Below, piece after piece: positions 10,102-20,069 of a DNA stretch of 64,000 nucleotides. The notes beneath the pieces were generated by a model. That model saw nothing but the letters and a program-made list of their open reading frames with translations. It was not told the DNA's origin and searched no databases. How positions within the stretch are numbered: position 1 is the first letter of the stretch; each line of letters opens with the position of its first letter. The stretch lies in contig OZ219790.1 in assembly GCA_964291215.2 (NCBI GenBank), positions 2,272,001-2,336,000 on the forward strand, in the 5' to 3' direction. The DNA is from Alphaproteobacteria bacterium. GTDB taxonomy: Bacteria > Pseudomonadota > Alphaproteobacteria > MPNO01 > UBA830. The translations under genes and the position numbers were made by a program.

Positions 10102-10385
10102 TCAGGCTTCTCCTTCTCACGCTCGTCCCGTTCGCAGCTCCCTATGCGGGCTGGTACCTGTGGAAGATCTTCTTCGCGAGTCCGCGCATCGATCCCGCCA
10201 CCGGCGATCAGCTGCCGCCGGACTTCGGCGAGGCGCCGCGAGGCAAGCTGCTCGCCGCCGGCGTGGCCTTGATGCTCATCGTAATTGGCGGCTTCCTGCT
10301 GGTGCATGACCGCTTCAAGGAAGAGCCGTACCGGCCGATCGACGTCGAGGAGTTCGAACGGAGCGAACAGCGCGGCGGCGAGTGA
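10098..10385 (+). CDS. Small membrane protein (DUF6111-like)
   Basis: Two TM segments; ATGA overlap with the Nudix gene; usual position before cca. Confidence 0.65.
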   Translation: MIRLLLLTLVPFAAPYAGWYLWKIFFASPRIDPATGDQLPPDFGEAPRGKLLAAGVALMLIVIGGFLLVHDRFKEEPYRPIDVEEFERSEQRGGE

Positions 10386-10659
10386 CGACCGGCGAAGCAG
10401 TGGCGCGAACGATCCGGACCGACCGGGGCGCGTTCTGCAACGCTATCGCTTGTGCGGCGCGGATGACGGCGGACGGACGGCAGCGGAGCACGGGCGCCTT
10501 GCGCGAACTTCTTTGGGCGGCCGGACGGCGCGGAGCCGGCTGCGCAGCAGGACGGGGGCCGGCGATACGAATGGTCGAGCCGGCCAGATCGCCGTTTCGT
10601 GCGCCCGCAGCAGGGATACCGTGCCTGTCAGCCGGAAACGTTCGAGCGCGGCCAGATAG

Positions 10660-11137
10660 TCGCCCGCCGACCGGGGCAGACGGCGCAGCGCCGCCCGGTG
10701 ACCGCGCACCGCTCCGAGCGCGGTTTTGAGGTCGCCTCGAACAGCCTGGCGATGAAGGCGTCGGGATCATGCGCCGCAACCTTGTGGGGCGGTCGGCAGG
10801 GAAGTCCCGCAGATCGCGGGGCACGATCGCGTCCGCGCCACTGCGGATCGGCCGCTGCCAGCACATAGCAATCGTCGAAATCCGGCAGGTCGAGGGCGGC
10901 AGCGAGGGTCTCGTATCCCGTCACGACGGCATCGGGAAAATGGCCGTCCATGATCGCGCGGGTCCGCTTCAGCACGCTGGCCTCGATGTCGGGGCGGTCG
11001 GCCAAGAGACCGCGCATCCATTCGACATGGATGTCGGCACTCCGGTGCGGCACATACAGGTAGCAGTCGACGAAACACACCAGCAGGTCACGAAGTCCGG
11101 CCGGACAAAGGACATTGTAGTCGAGCAGGCCTATGAC
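10660..11137 (-). pseudogene. PIN-domain protein, frameshifted, 5' end abutting a MITE
   Basis: LLDYNVL..LRDLL...EWMRGL...FPDAVVTGYE...LPDFDD.YVLAAA, then DLRDFP...PDAFI in shifted frames. Confidence 0.65.
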
Positions 11138-11324
11138 CAGAACTTTCCCACGCTGTGGTTGATGTTCTAACTGACCGCTGAACGGGGCACAAATTTCCGT
11201 ATTCTTGCCAGGTTTTCCAGCTGAAGCGACCCGTGGACGGCCCCGCGGCCAGAAAACCCGGCAGGCTGTGCAGCCTCCCTCCATCAGTAGTCGGCAAGAT
11301 CGAATGCAACATGGGAAAGTCCTG
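11138..11324. mobile_element. 187-bp MITE, copy 1
   Basis: TIR CAG(A/G)ACTTTCCCA...TGGGAAAGTCCTG; homologous to 29369-29555 and 55883-56069. Confidence 0.85.
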
Positions 11325-11404
11325 ACAGACGACGGAAAACGGTTTCACCTGAACCGGAGACCATATAGAGTTCCCGGTGGGACAACCGCAGGAGGTGGAC
11401 AGAC

Positions 11405-11980
11405 ATGACTGCAACCAGACGCGAGATCGACGCGTTCGGCCTTCACCATTCGGCCTATCGCTGCCGCGACGCCGAGGAGACCCGCGCCCTCTGGGAGGAC
11501 AGGATCGGCTTTCCCCTGGTCATGGCGCTGCAGATCGACGAACACCCGACCAGCGGCGAGGCGGTGAGCTACATGCACATCTTCTTCGACATCGGCAACA
11601 ACGGCGCCGCACCGGGGCAGTCGAACTACCTCGCCTTTTTCGATGTGCCGTTCCGCGAGGGCGACGACCCGGACGAGCTCTACAAGACCCGCTGGGGCAT
11701 GGATCTCCACTTCGCCATGCGGGTCGCCGGCCACGCTGCGCTCGGCGCATGGGCCGAGCGCCTGTCCGCCGCCGGGGTCCCCTTCGAGGGGCCGATCAGG
11801 CATGGCATCTGCAGTTCGATCTATTTTCACGACCCCAACGGATACCGGTTCGAGTTCACCGCCGAGAACGACACCGAAACCCGGGAGTTCCTGGAGCACG
11901 GGGACACGGCACACGAACACCTGCATGCGTGGAACAGCTGGAAGGCAGCGGAGGCAGAGCGGCGGGATCGCACGGGATAA
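11405..11980 (+). CDS. VOC/glyoxalase-family protein
   Basis: LHHSAYRC, YMHIFF, HFAM, SIYFHDPNGYRFE; GGAGG RBS upstream. Confidence 0.9.
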   Translation: MTATRREIDAFGLHHSAYRCRDAEETRALWEDRIGFPLVMALQIDEHPTSGEAVSYMHIFFDIGNNGAAPGQSNYLAFFDVPFREGDDPDELYKTRWGMDLHFAMRVAGHAALGAWAERLSAAGVPFEGPIRHGICSSIYFHDPNGYRFEFTAENDTETREFLEHGDTAHEHLHAWNSWKAAEAERRDRTG

Positions 11981-12098
11981 GCCGCTGCCGCCACCGGAAC
12001 CGCACGAGCACGCCTGGCAGGCTGAGGGTGGACATTCAGCGAGACGCCCCTCCCCCTGCGCATCCTACGGCACGGCGCCAAACGTCAGAGCACGACAC

Positions 12099-12985
12099 AT
12101 GGAGTTCAGATCCATTGTCGGCGCGGAAGGCAATGCGCTGACCGTCTCGGTTATCGGGCTGGGTTGCAACAATTTCGGCCGCAGGCTGGACGAGCGCGAC
12201 TCGCGGGCGGTCATCCATGCCGCGCTCTATGCCGTAATCACCCTGTTCGACACCGCCGAGTCCCATGGCGGCGGCCGGTCGGAAAACTATATCGGGAAGG
12301 CGCCGGGCGACCGGTGCCGCGAGACTGTCATCGCCACCAAGTTCGGCTGGAGCGACGCGCGGCCCCGCACCATTGCCAGCGCGGTCGAGGGCAGCCTGAA
12401 ACGCCTTCGCACCGACGTGATCGACCTTTATCAGTTCCACCGGCCCGACCCGTCGACGCCCATCGCCGACACCCTCGAAGCGCTCGAAACGCTGGTGGCA
12501 CAGGGGGAGGTCCGCTTCGTCGGTTGTTCCAATTTCTCGGGCGACCAGATCGCGGAAACACGGGCGGTTTCGGACGCGCGCGGCTGGTGCGCCTTCGTCA
12601 CCACGCAGAACCGCCACAGCCTGCTCGACCGCGACGCCGAACTCCACATGGCGCCGGCCTGTGCGGCAGCGGGAATGGGAATCCTGCCCTACTACCCGCT
12701 GGCCAACGGGCTGCTGACCGGCAAATACGGGCGCCCTGGCCACGCGGGACGCGGCTGTCGGCCGGACAGGTCTCCGAGGCCGAGTGGCAGGCGGCCGAGC
12801 GGCTGCAGCGCTTCGCAAAGGCGGAGGGCCGCAGCCCGCTCGAACTGGCCGTCTCCTGGCTCGCCGCACAGCCCGGCGTCCTCAGCGTGGTCGCCGGCGC
12901 CACCTCGCCCGCGCAGGTCACAGGCAACGCCGCGGGCTGGCGGCTCGCTGAAGCAGAACTCGCGGCAATCGACCGTCTCACTTGA
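12099..12985 (+). pseudogene. Aldo/keto reductase pseudogene
   Basis: SVIGLGCNNFG, IATKFG, SLKRLRTDVIDLYQFH, PYYPLANGLLTGKY; catalytic Tyr appears as His (DTAESHG); frameshift near 12730-12770. Confidence 0.8.
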
Positions 12986-13076
12986 CCGGAACCGGCCCGC
13001 TTGTGGGACCGTCGTCGTCGGCGCCGGACGAATCCGGTGCTATAGTGGGACGGCAGCTTTCTCGGAAAGAAGATCA

Positions 13077-14144
13077 ATGACCTTTGCTACCAACACCGCA
13101 GACCGCCCCGTCGCCGTCAGCGGCCGGCCGGTCATCGACCCGGCGGACTGGACCGGCGCCGAACTGCTGTCGCGGAACGATTGGCGCTTCGAGGCGACAG
13201 ACGCGGAATCCGCCCATCTGGTCGACATGGCCCGCGCTTGTGCCGCCCGGCTGAACGGCGACCCAAACCGGCTCCTCGAGACTTCACGGTCCGACTTCAA
13301 TCTCGGCCCCTTCACCGAGCAAGTCACCGCCATGCTGGACCGGCTGCGCGACGACCCCGGCGTCGCATTCTATCGCGGCCTGCCGATGGACGATCTGTCG
13401 CTGATGGAGGCGGCGGTAGTGTACTGGGCGATCGGACTGCATATGGGCGTTGCCCAGTCGAACAACCCCGAAGGCGACATGATCGGCCATGTACTGGACG
13501 CCGGACGCGACTACAACAATCCGAAGCACCGTGGCTACCAGACCAGCGCGACGATGGACTATCACTGCGATCAGACGGACGCTGTCGGCCTCCTGTGCAT
13601 CCACACCGCGAAATCCGGGGGCCAGTCCAAGATTGCGAGTTCGGTCAGGCTCTACAACGAGGTGCAACGCCAACGTCCCGACCTTCTGGACGCGCTGATA
13701 GGCCCCTTTTGCTGGACCAAGCACGCCGAACAGGACGCGGACGAGCAGCCGTGGTACGAAAGCCCGGTCTTCAACTTCCTCGACGGCAGGCTGTGCACCG
13801 CCCTCGGGCCGCAGCACATCATGAAGGGCCATGCCCTGGCCGAAGCGCCTGACATGACGCCCCTGCAGCGTGAAGCGATCAATTTCGTTTCGGCCCTGGC
13901 CGAGGAGCATCATGCCGCGATGTCATTCCGCCGCGGCGACATTCAGTTCCTCAACAACTACACGGTCGTCCACACGAGGACGGGTTTCATCGACTGGCCC
14001 GAGCCGGAGCGCAAGCGCGTCCTGTGGCGCCTCTGGCTGAAGGTGCCGGAGTTCCGTCCGGCAACGCCCTATTCGGCGCAATGGTCGCGCGGCGTCAACC
14101 TCAGGCAGACGCAGCAGCAGATCCAGCTCGTCTACAGCGGATAG
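13077..14144 (+). CDS. TauD/TfdA (clavaminate-synthase-like) Fe(II)/2-oxoglutarate dioxygenase
   Basis: YHCD (HxD); GDIQFLNNYTVVHTR; RVLWRLWL. Confidence 0.88.
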   Translation: MTFATNTADRPVAVSGRPVIDPADWTGAELLSRNDWRFEATDAESAHLVDMARACAARLNGDPNRLLETSRSDFNLGPFTEQVTAMLDRLRDDPGVAFYRGLPMDDLSLMEAAVVYWAIGLHMGVAQSNNPEGDMIGHVLDAGRDYNNPKHRGYQTSATMDYHCDQTDAVGLLCIHTAKSGGQSKIASSVRLYNEVQRQRPDLLDALIGPFCWTKHAEQDADEQPWYESPVFNFLDGRLCTALGPQHIMKGHALAEAPDMTPLQREAINFVSALAEEHHAAMSFRRGDIQFLNNYTVVHTRTGFIDWPEPERKRVLWRLWLKVPEFRPATPYSAQWSRGVNLRQTQQQIQLVYSG

Positions 14145-14605
14145 GCTGCAGGGCACGGCACCTACGGCGCAGAACTGCTCCGAACCGGACGGGCGAGGGA
14201 ACGGGTCCCGCCGCATCGCGGCGTAATGCCGTGACGCACGATGCAGCTGTTTGCGGGCTCGGAACCGGGATCGCCCGAACGCGCCTCGCCGGTTCAGGTG
14301 CGGTGAAGAGCCCTTCGGTCCGCGAACGCCGAAGGCTGCGCTGCGGCCCGGCCGCAGCATCCGGCAACGGCGCCACTGTCCGCCACGCAGGTCCCACGGG
14401 AAACGGAATCCGCCACAGCACCGGTTGGCAACCGCGTTGCGCACAGGCATCCTGCGATCGGTGCGGAAATACGGACGGAGATGACGATGTTCTCTTTGCC
14501 GGCTGCAGGATCGGCGCCGCGGACAGCGTGGCCAGAACATCGCTTGGGCTGCTGCCCGGAGCGGCATGATCGCCGGCGCGGTGCGCAGCAATACCGGACC
14601 GATCC

Positions 14606-15901
14606 GTGATCGCCGTTCGAACCGTCAACCCGTGGCCCCGAACAGCAGCAGCCGGCGATCTCGGCAGGTTGTTCGACGTTCTCGAATCCGCAGGCGCATC
14701 CGTCCGTTTTGTGGGAGGTTGCGTGCGCGACGCCCTGCTCGGCCGGCCATCGGAAGACACAGATCTCGCGACCAACGCCCCACCGCAACGCGTCATGGAG
14801 ATCCTCGACCGCGCCGGGATCGCGACGGTGCCGACCGGCCTTTCCCATGGCACAGTGACCGCGGTCACTGGCGACGGTCCAGTCCAGATCACCACGTTGA
14901 GACGAGACGTGTCGACGGACGGACGGCGGGCAGCCGTCGCCCACACCGCTGACTGGGCCGAAGATGCGGCCCGCCGGGACTTCACGATGAACGCACTGTC
15001 GGCCGATCGCGACGGAAACGTGCACGACTACGTCGGCGGGCTCGAGGACCTGGAAGCCGGCCGCGTGCGCTTCATCGGCGACGCGGCGGACCGCATCGCC
15101 GAGGATCATCTGCGTATTCTCCGGTTCTTCCGGTTCCATGCCTGGTATGCCAGAGGGGCGGCCGATGCCGGCGCGCTCGCGGCCTGTACGGCGGCTGCCG
15201 ACCGAATCGACCGGCTGTCGGGAGAACGGCTGTGGCACGAGTTGTCCCGCACGCTGACGGCGCCGGATCCCGGAACCGTGTTCGCGATCATGAACACGGC
15301 CGGCGTGCTCGAACGGCTGCTGCCGGTGGCCCGGCGCCCGGAACGGATTGCGGCGCTGCCGGCGCTTGAGCGCGGCGCCTCCGTCAAGCCGGAGGCGCTC
15401 AGGCGTCTGGCCTCGCTCATCAATGCCTCGGAAGGGGAGGTCATCAAGCTCAGCCGACGGCTCCGCATGTCGCGTACCGAGACGGCCCGCCTGAAAGCCC
15501 TGATCACGCGGCGCGGGGTTTTCCTGCCGGCGCCCGGAAAGGCCGCGGCGCGCCGGTTGCTCTACGATGCCGGCGCCGCGCTTTTCGTGGACCTGCTGCT
15601 TCTCGATCACGCCGAGGAGACAGCGCGCGATCCGGACGCTTCGGCGCGGCACGCCCGAACCCGGGAAGACCTCGTCCGAATCGCCAACGATTGGCAAGCA
15701 CCGCGTTTTCCGCTCGACGGAAGGGATGCCGCCAACGCCGGCCTCGGCGAAGGTCCCGGGGTCGGCAAGTGCCTTGGTGCGGTCGAGGAATGGTGGATCG
15801 GCAACGACTTCGCACCAGGCCGGGCCGCCTGCCTTGACCGTCTTCGAAAGGTCGCCGAAGAATGGAAGCGGAGCCAGCCGGAGGGCGATCCCCGCGGCTA
15901 A
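14606..15901 (+). CDS. cca: CCA tRNA nucleotidyltransferase / poly(A) polymerase family
   Basis: VGGCVRDALL..DTDLAT; RRDFTMNAL; EDHLRILRFFRF; LSGERLWHE. Confidence 0.92.
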   Translation: MIAVRTVNPWPRTAAAGDLGRLFDVLESAGASVRFVGGCVRDALLGRPSEDTDLATNAPPQRVMEILDRAGIATVPTGLSHGTVTAVTGDGPVQITTLRRDVSTDGRRAAVAHTADWAEDAARRDFTMNALSADRDGNVHDYVGGLEDLEAGRVRFIGDAADRIAEDHLRILRFFRFHAWYARGAADAGALAACTAAADRIDRLSGERLWHELSRTLTAPDPGTVFAIMNTAGVLERLLPVARRPERIAALPALERGASVKPEALRRLASLINASEGEVIKLSRRLRMSRTETARLKALITRRGVFLPAPGKAAARRLLYDAGAALFVDLLLLDHAEETARDPDASARHARTREDLVRIANDWQAPRFPLDGRDAANAGLGEGPGVGKCLGAVEEWWIGNDFAPGRAACLDRLRKVAEEWKRSQPEGDPRG

Positions 15902-15923
15902 CGCCAGGCAGGAGAGAAACGGA

Positions 15924-17510
15924 ATGCACAGCGGTTTCGAGATTATCCGGCTCGCCGCCAACCGCACGCCCGACCATCTCGCGATGATCGACGACCGGAC
16001 AGAGCGGCGGCTGACCTACAGCCGGCTCATGGTGGAGATCGATGCGGTCGCGGCCGGCTTCGCAGCGCACGGAATTAAGCGCGGCGCCCGGGTGGCGACC
16101 ATCCTTCCGGGCTTGTGGGAACATTGCATCGCGCTGCTCGCGCTGATGCGCCTGAACGCCGTTCCGGCGCTTCTCAACTTCCGGCTCGGGCACGAAGAAC
16201 TGACCGGACTGTGCAAGGCCGGCGATATCGACGCAGCAGTCATCGGACCCGATCCGGAACTCGCCCGCCAGCTTGCTGGCGTGCTCCCGGAAGGTGCGCC
16301 GATCTGGTCGGCAGGCGGTGACGCGGGATCCGCCCTCGCCTTCGCGGACTGCCGCGGCAACGCCGGCGCACTCGCGCCCTACGAGAAGCCGGACGCGGAA
16401 GAGATCGCGTTCCTGTTCTACACCTCCGGCACCACCGGACTGCCGAAGGCCGTGGTGCTCGCCCACCGGACGACCGAGCCCCGGCTCCTGTGGCTCGCGA
16501 CCCAGGGCGGGCTGTGCCACGGCACGCATAACAGGGCGCTCGGTTGCATGCCGCTCAGCCATGCGATCGGTTTCTACGGCGTCTTTCTCGTGACCCTCGC
16601 CTTCAACGGCAGCTATTTCGTGGTGTCGGAATTCAACCCGGCAGCGATCGTCGACCTGGTAGCCCGCGAGCGGTTGACCTACGCCTTCTGCATACCTCCG
16701 ATGTTCCAGGCGATGGTGTCGGCCCCGGGCTATGCGCCCGCGAAGATGGCCTCGATCGAGCGCGTGTTCTATGGCGGGGTGACGATCGATCCTGAACTTC
16801 TGGTCCGGATGGACCGGGAATGGGGCGGCACCGTGCGCCACATCTACGGCACGACAGAGACGATGTGCTCGCTCTATCATCCCAGCCCCGTCGGCCGCCA
16901 CGCCAAATTGCGGCCCGGCTATTATTCGCATGTCCGTCTCGCACGCATCCGCGGCGCCGGGCCGCACGACACTGTCGGAGCGGGCGAGGAGGGCGAACTG
17001 ATCGTCGATGCTACCGTGGACACCATATTCTCCGAATATCTCGAACGCCCCGATGCGACTGCCGAGAAACTGCGCAATGGCTGGTACTACACCGGTGACA
17101 TCTTCGCGCAGGATTCCGACGGCGACCTGACACTGATCGGACGGGTCGACGACATGATCCGGTCCGGCGGCGAGAGCATACACCCCGAGGAAGTCGAGGC
17201 CGCGCTGGAATTCTGCGCGGCAGTCCGCGAGGCCGGCGTGGTCGGGATTCCCGACCACCGATGGGGGCAGATGACCGTGGCCTGCGTCGTTCCCGCACCT
17301 GCAGCGACTCCCGGAGAGAAACTCGCAAGCGAGCTCGACAGTTGGTGTCGGCAAACGGCGCTGGCCCGCTTCAAGCGGCCGCGGGGCTACGTGTTTCTCG
17401 ACGGCCTGCCGCGCAGCGCCGCAAACAAGGTCTTGCGGCGCCGGCTACGGGATCTTGCCGCAGCGGCGCGGGACGGCGAAGCCGCCGAGCAGTTCTTCAG
17501 CCCCGAATAG
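15924..17510 (+). CDS. Aryl-CoA ligase resembling 4-chlorobenzoate:CoA ligase
   Basis: FYTSGTTGLPKAV; ATQGGLCHGTHNRALGCMPLSHAIGF; YGTTE; LRPGYYSHVR; GGESIHPEEVE; LPRSAANKV. Confidence 0.8.
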   Translation: MHSGFEIIRLAANRTPDHLAMIDDRTERRLTYSRLMVEIDAVAAGFAAHGIKRGARVATILPGLWEHCIALLALMRLNAVPALLNFRLGHEELTGLCKAGDIDAAVIGPDPELARQLAGVLPEGAPIWSAGGDAGSALAFADCRGNAGALAPYEKPDAEEIAFLFYTSGTTGLPKAVVLAHRTTEPRLLWLATQGGLCHGTHNRALGCMPLSHAIGFYGVFLVTLAFNGSYFVVSEFNPAAIVDLVARERLTYAFCIPPMFQAMVSAPGYAPAKMASIERVFYGGVTIDPELLVRMDREWGGTVRHIYGTTETMCSLYHPSPVGRHAKLRPGYYSHVRLARIRGAGPHDTVGAGEEGELIVDATVDTIFSEYLERPDATAEKLRNGWYYTGDIFAQDSDGDLTLIGRVDDMIRSGGESIHPEEVEAALEFCAAVREAGVVGIPDHRWGQMTVACVVPAPAATPGEKLASELDSWCRQTALARFKRPRGYVFLDGLPRSAANKVLRRRLRDLAAAARDGEAAEQFFSPE

Positions 17511-17721
17511 TCGGACGTACCCGAACCGGACATCGAACATCACCTGCCACCGGCACACCGGACAAGCGACCGATTTCGTCATCGACCCGCTTCGCCATCG
17601 CCATGTGGACCGGGATCGCGGCCCTTCTGCGCGCCTCGTCACGCCAACAGTCCCGGACAGGTGACGGCTGGGAATTCTGCAGGGACCGAATGGCCGGGCA
17701 GCAGGGCGAGACGGCTGGCGC

Positions 17722-18573
17722 TCACGGCCATCGGACCTCGGGCGGCAGGGACATCAGGATCGCGTCGACATTGCCGCCGGTCTTCAACCCGAAAGCCGTC
17801 CCGCGGTCATGGAGCAGATTGAATTCGACATAACGGCCGCGCCGGACCAGCAGGTGCTCGCGCTGTGCGGCCGTCCATGGCCGGTTCATGTGCCGCCTTG
17901 CGATTTCCGGACAGACTTCCAGAAAGGCGCGGCCCACGTCCCGGGTGAAGGCAAAGTCGGCGTCCAGGTCGCCAGAATCGAGATTGTCGTAGAATATGCC
18001 GCCAACGCCGCGCCTCTCGTTGCGGTGCGGAAGAAAGAAGTACTCGTCGCACCATTTGCTGAATCTCGGATAGTACGACCGGTCGTGCCGGTCGCAGGCC
18101 TCCTTGAGGACATCGTGGAAGCGCCGCGTGTCAGCGTCGTCGGGATAGCAGGGCGTCATGTCGCTGCCGCCGCCGAACCACTGCCGGGTGGTGACGATAA
18201 AGCGCGTGTTCATGTGAAAGGCCGGGACCAGCGGCGACTGCATGTGGGCAACGACCGAGATCCCGGACGCCGAGAAGCGCGGGTCGTCATCGGCACCGGG
18301 AATCTGCTTCCGGAACTCCTCCGAAAACTCCCCGTGAACGGTCGAGACGTTGACTCCGACCTTCTCGAAGACCCGCCCGCGCATGATCGACATCACGCCG
18401 CCGCCACCGCCCGGACGGTCCCAGGGGGTACGGACGAAACGGCCGGGGACGCCGCTCCCCGCGGCATCGTTTGGAGGCGCAACCTCATTCTCGAGCACCT
18501 CGAAAGCCGCGCAGATGCTGTCCCGGAGCTCGCGAAACCAGGACGCGGCGCTTTCTTGCCTGTCCGTCGCCAT
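17722..18573 (-). CDS. hemF: Oxygen-dependent coproporphyrinogen III oxidase
   Basis: [13 protein letters not shown]; [10 protein letters not shown]; [20 protein letters not shown]. Confidence 0.96.
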   Translation of the reverse strand: MATDRQESAASWFRELRDSICAAFEVLENEVAPPNDAAGSGVPGRFVRTPWDRPGGGGGVMSIMRGRVFEKVGVNVSTVHGEFSEEFRKQIPGADDDPRFSASGISVVAHMQSPLVPAFHMNTRFIVTTRQWFGGGSDMTPCYPDDADTRRFHDVLKEACDRHDRSYYPRFSKWCDEYFFLPHRNERRGVGGIFYDNLDSGDLDADFAFTRDVGRAFLEVCPEIARRHMNRPWTAAQREHLLVRRGRYVEFNLLHDRGTAFGLKTGGNVDAILMSLPPEVRWP

Positions 18574-18755
18574 GCCCGGAGCAGCTCAGGCGCCGTGCGC
18601 CGGACCGGACGGATTGCCGGAACCCGTCCGCTGGTGCGGAGGCACCGGTTCGCCAATGATCCCGAAGATCAGTGCGCCCCACGGCAGCATCATGGCTGGC
18701 CGTCGTCCTGTCCGGACAGGGTAAAAGATAAAGGGCCGCGGCGCGGCCGGCACGG

Positions 18756-19016
18756 TCAGAGGGTTTTGATGCGGCGGGAAAGCCTGGAAATCCTGCGCGC
18801 GGCCGTATTCTTCTTGACCACGCCGCGGGTTACGCCACGCATGATTTCGGGCTGCGCCTGGCGCAGGGCTTCAGCGGCAGCGTCCCTGTCGCCCGCCTCG
18901 ATGGCCGCCTCGACCTTCCTGATGAAGGTGCGGATACGTGACCTCCGGGCGCCGTTGACCGGGGTCTGGCGGGCATCGCGCCTCACCCGCTTTCTTGCAG
19001 ATGTCGTGTTTGCCAT
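18756..19016 (-). CDS. rpsT: 30S ribosomal protein S20
   Basis: [12 protein letters not shown]...SRIRTF...[12 protein letters not shown]. Confidence 0.96.
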   Translation of the reverse strand: MANTTSARKRVRRDARQTPVNGARRSRIRTFIRKVEAAIEAGDRDAAAEALRQAQPEIMRGVTRGVVKKNTAARRISRLSRRIKTL

Positions 19017-19150
19017 CGTCTTTCCCTTGCAGAGCATACCGCATCTAGATCAAAAGAGGCCCCGCGTCAAGCGCCGACTGATCCGACACCAGAATTTAGC
19101 GTGAGACCATGCTGACGACCAGTCCCCTTGCCATGGCAAGGATCATTGTT

Positions 19151-19329
19151 CCCCACTTCCAGTCTGAAGTGCAACATCCGGCCCTCATCTCCGTTCGGGC
19201 TACGCCCTCACTGCGATGAGGGCCGGATGTTGCACAAATTTTCCCCCTCTGCCCCTCTCGATTCCGCCCGGGAACAGCCTTAGTTCCTTCAACATCGAGC
19301 TTATGCAACGCCTTTGTCGGCTTCAAGCC
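19151..19329. repeat. IS30 distal end (179 bp), direct repeat of 25619-25797
   Basis: Starts with the TIR CCCCACTTCCAGTCTGAAGTGCAACA; contains a hairpin with 21-bp arms. Confidence 0.85.
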
Positions 19330-19450
19330 CCAAGGCTCGTGATGGTGCACGGCAAGCTGCTCCAGCACCTTCCTGGCGTCCGTCTCGGCGACGCGCCTGA
19401 CGGACAGTGCGTTCCAGTTCCCTGCGGCGATCGCGAGCGAGCGAGGCCAT
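19326..19450 (-). pseudogene. pglX: BREX methyltransferase PglX, 5' stub (about 40 codons, one frameshift)
   Basis: MASLARDRRRELERTVRQARR / AETDARKVLEQLAVHHHEPWG resembles a PglX N-terminus; joined directly to the IS30 end. Confidence 0.65.
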
Positions 19451-19454
19451 AGTC

Positions 19455-20069
19455 TCAGGCTCCCTGGATCGCCTGTCCCAATGCGCCGAACATGCGCGCG
19501 CAGCTGGGGCAACGTTGTTCCACCTTCTGTTGCTCGATCCGCTTCAGGAGGTCGCTGGCATGACGGATTTTGTGGTATGCGCCCTTCTGTGTTTGTCTGG
19601 TCGCCTGCGCCAATGCTGACGCAATGGCCGCTTTCGCGACTGTTTCGAGATTCTGGGTTTTAGGAAGGGCATTCCCATGGAAATACTGTCCATAGTACTC
19701 CGTGAGCGCATCGGGATCGGCGACGATCCACGCTTCCATCGTCTGCACCATGAGGTGCACCACATCGTCCGAAGCAAATTGGAGATCCCACCCGTCTCTC
19801 GATTGTAGGTGCGCTCGCGAAGAATTATTGACTGGGCCCTCCGCATCTACCAGCAGCGCGACAATCGCATCGTCTCCAGACTGGACCGCGTTTCGGAAAC
19901 CATCGAAAGCAGCAGTTCGGCCGCCGCAACAGACAACCTTCCAGCGCCACGACTTCGCCCTGACGTTGTCCTTCAGAGGGGTCAAAAAGGCATCCATGCC
20001 CTGACGAAGGGCAATCCTCGTATCTCTTCCGTCGCCCCCTCCCTCCATGTAGATTGCGACGCCACTCAT
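19455..20069 (-). CDS. DUF4276-family (TOPRIM/RloB-like) protein
   Basis: IYMEGGG, VVCCGGR, LLVDAE, MVQTMEAWIVAD, YHKIRH; ATGA overlap with the ATPase stop. Confidence 0.82.
   Translation of the reverse strand: MSGVAIYMEGGGDGRDTRIALRQGMDAFLTPLKDNVRAKSWRWKVVCCGGRTAAFDGFRNAVQSGDDAIVALLVDAEGPVNNSSRAHLQSRDGWDLQFASDDVVHLMVQTMEAWIVADPDALTEYYGQYFHGNALPKTQNLETVAKAAIASALAQATRQTQKGAYHKIRHASDLLKRIEQQKVEQRCPSCARMFGALGQAIQGA

Noticed and set aside
11643-14144. 833-aa apparent AKR-TauD fusion ORF
   Set aside because: A frameshift in the dead AKR gene reads through into the dioxygenase, which has its own ATG (13077) and an extended -10 upstream; the AKR C-terminus is in another frame
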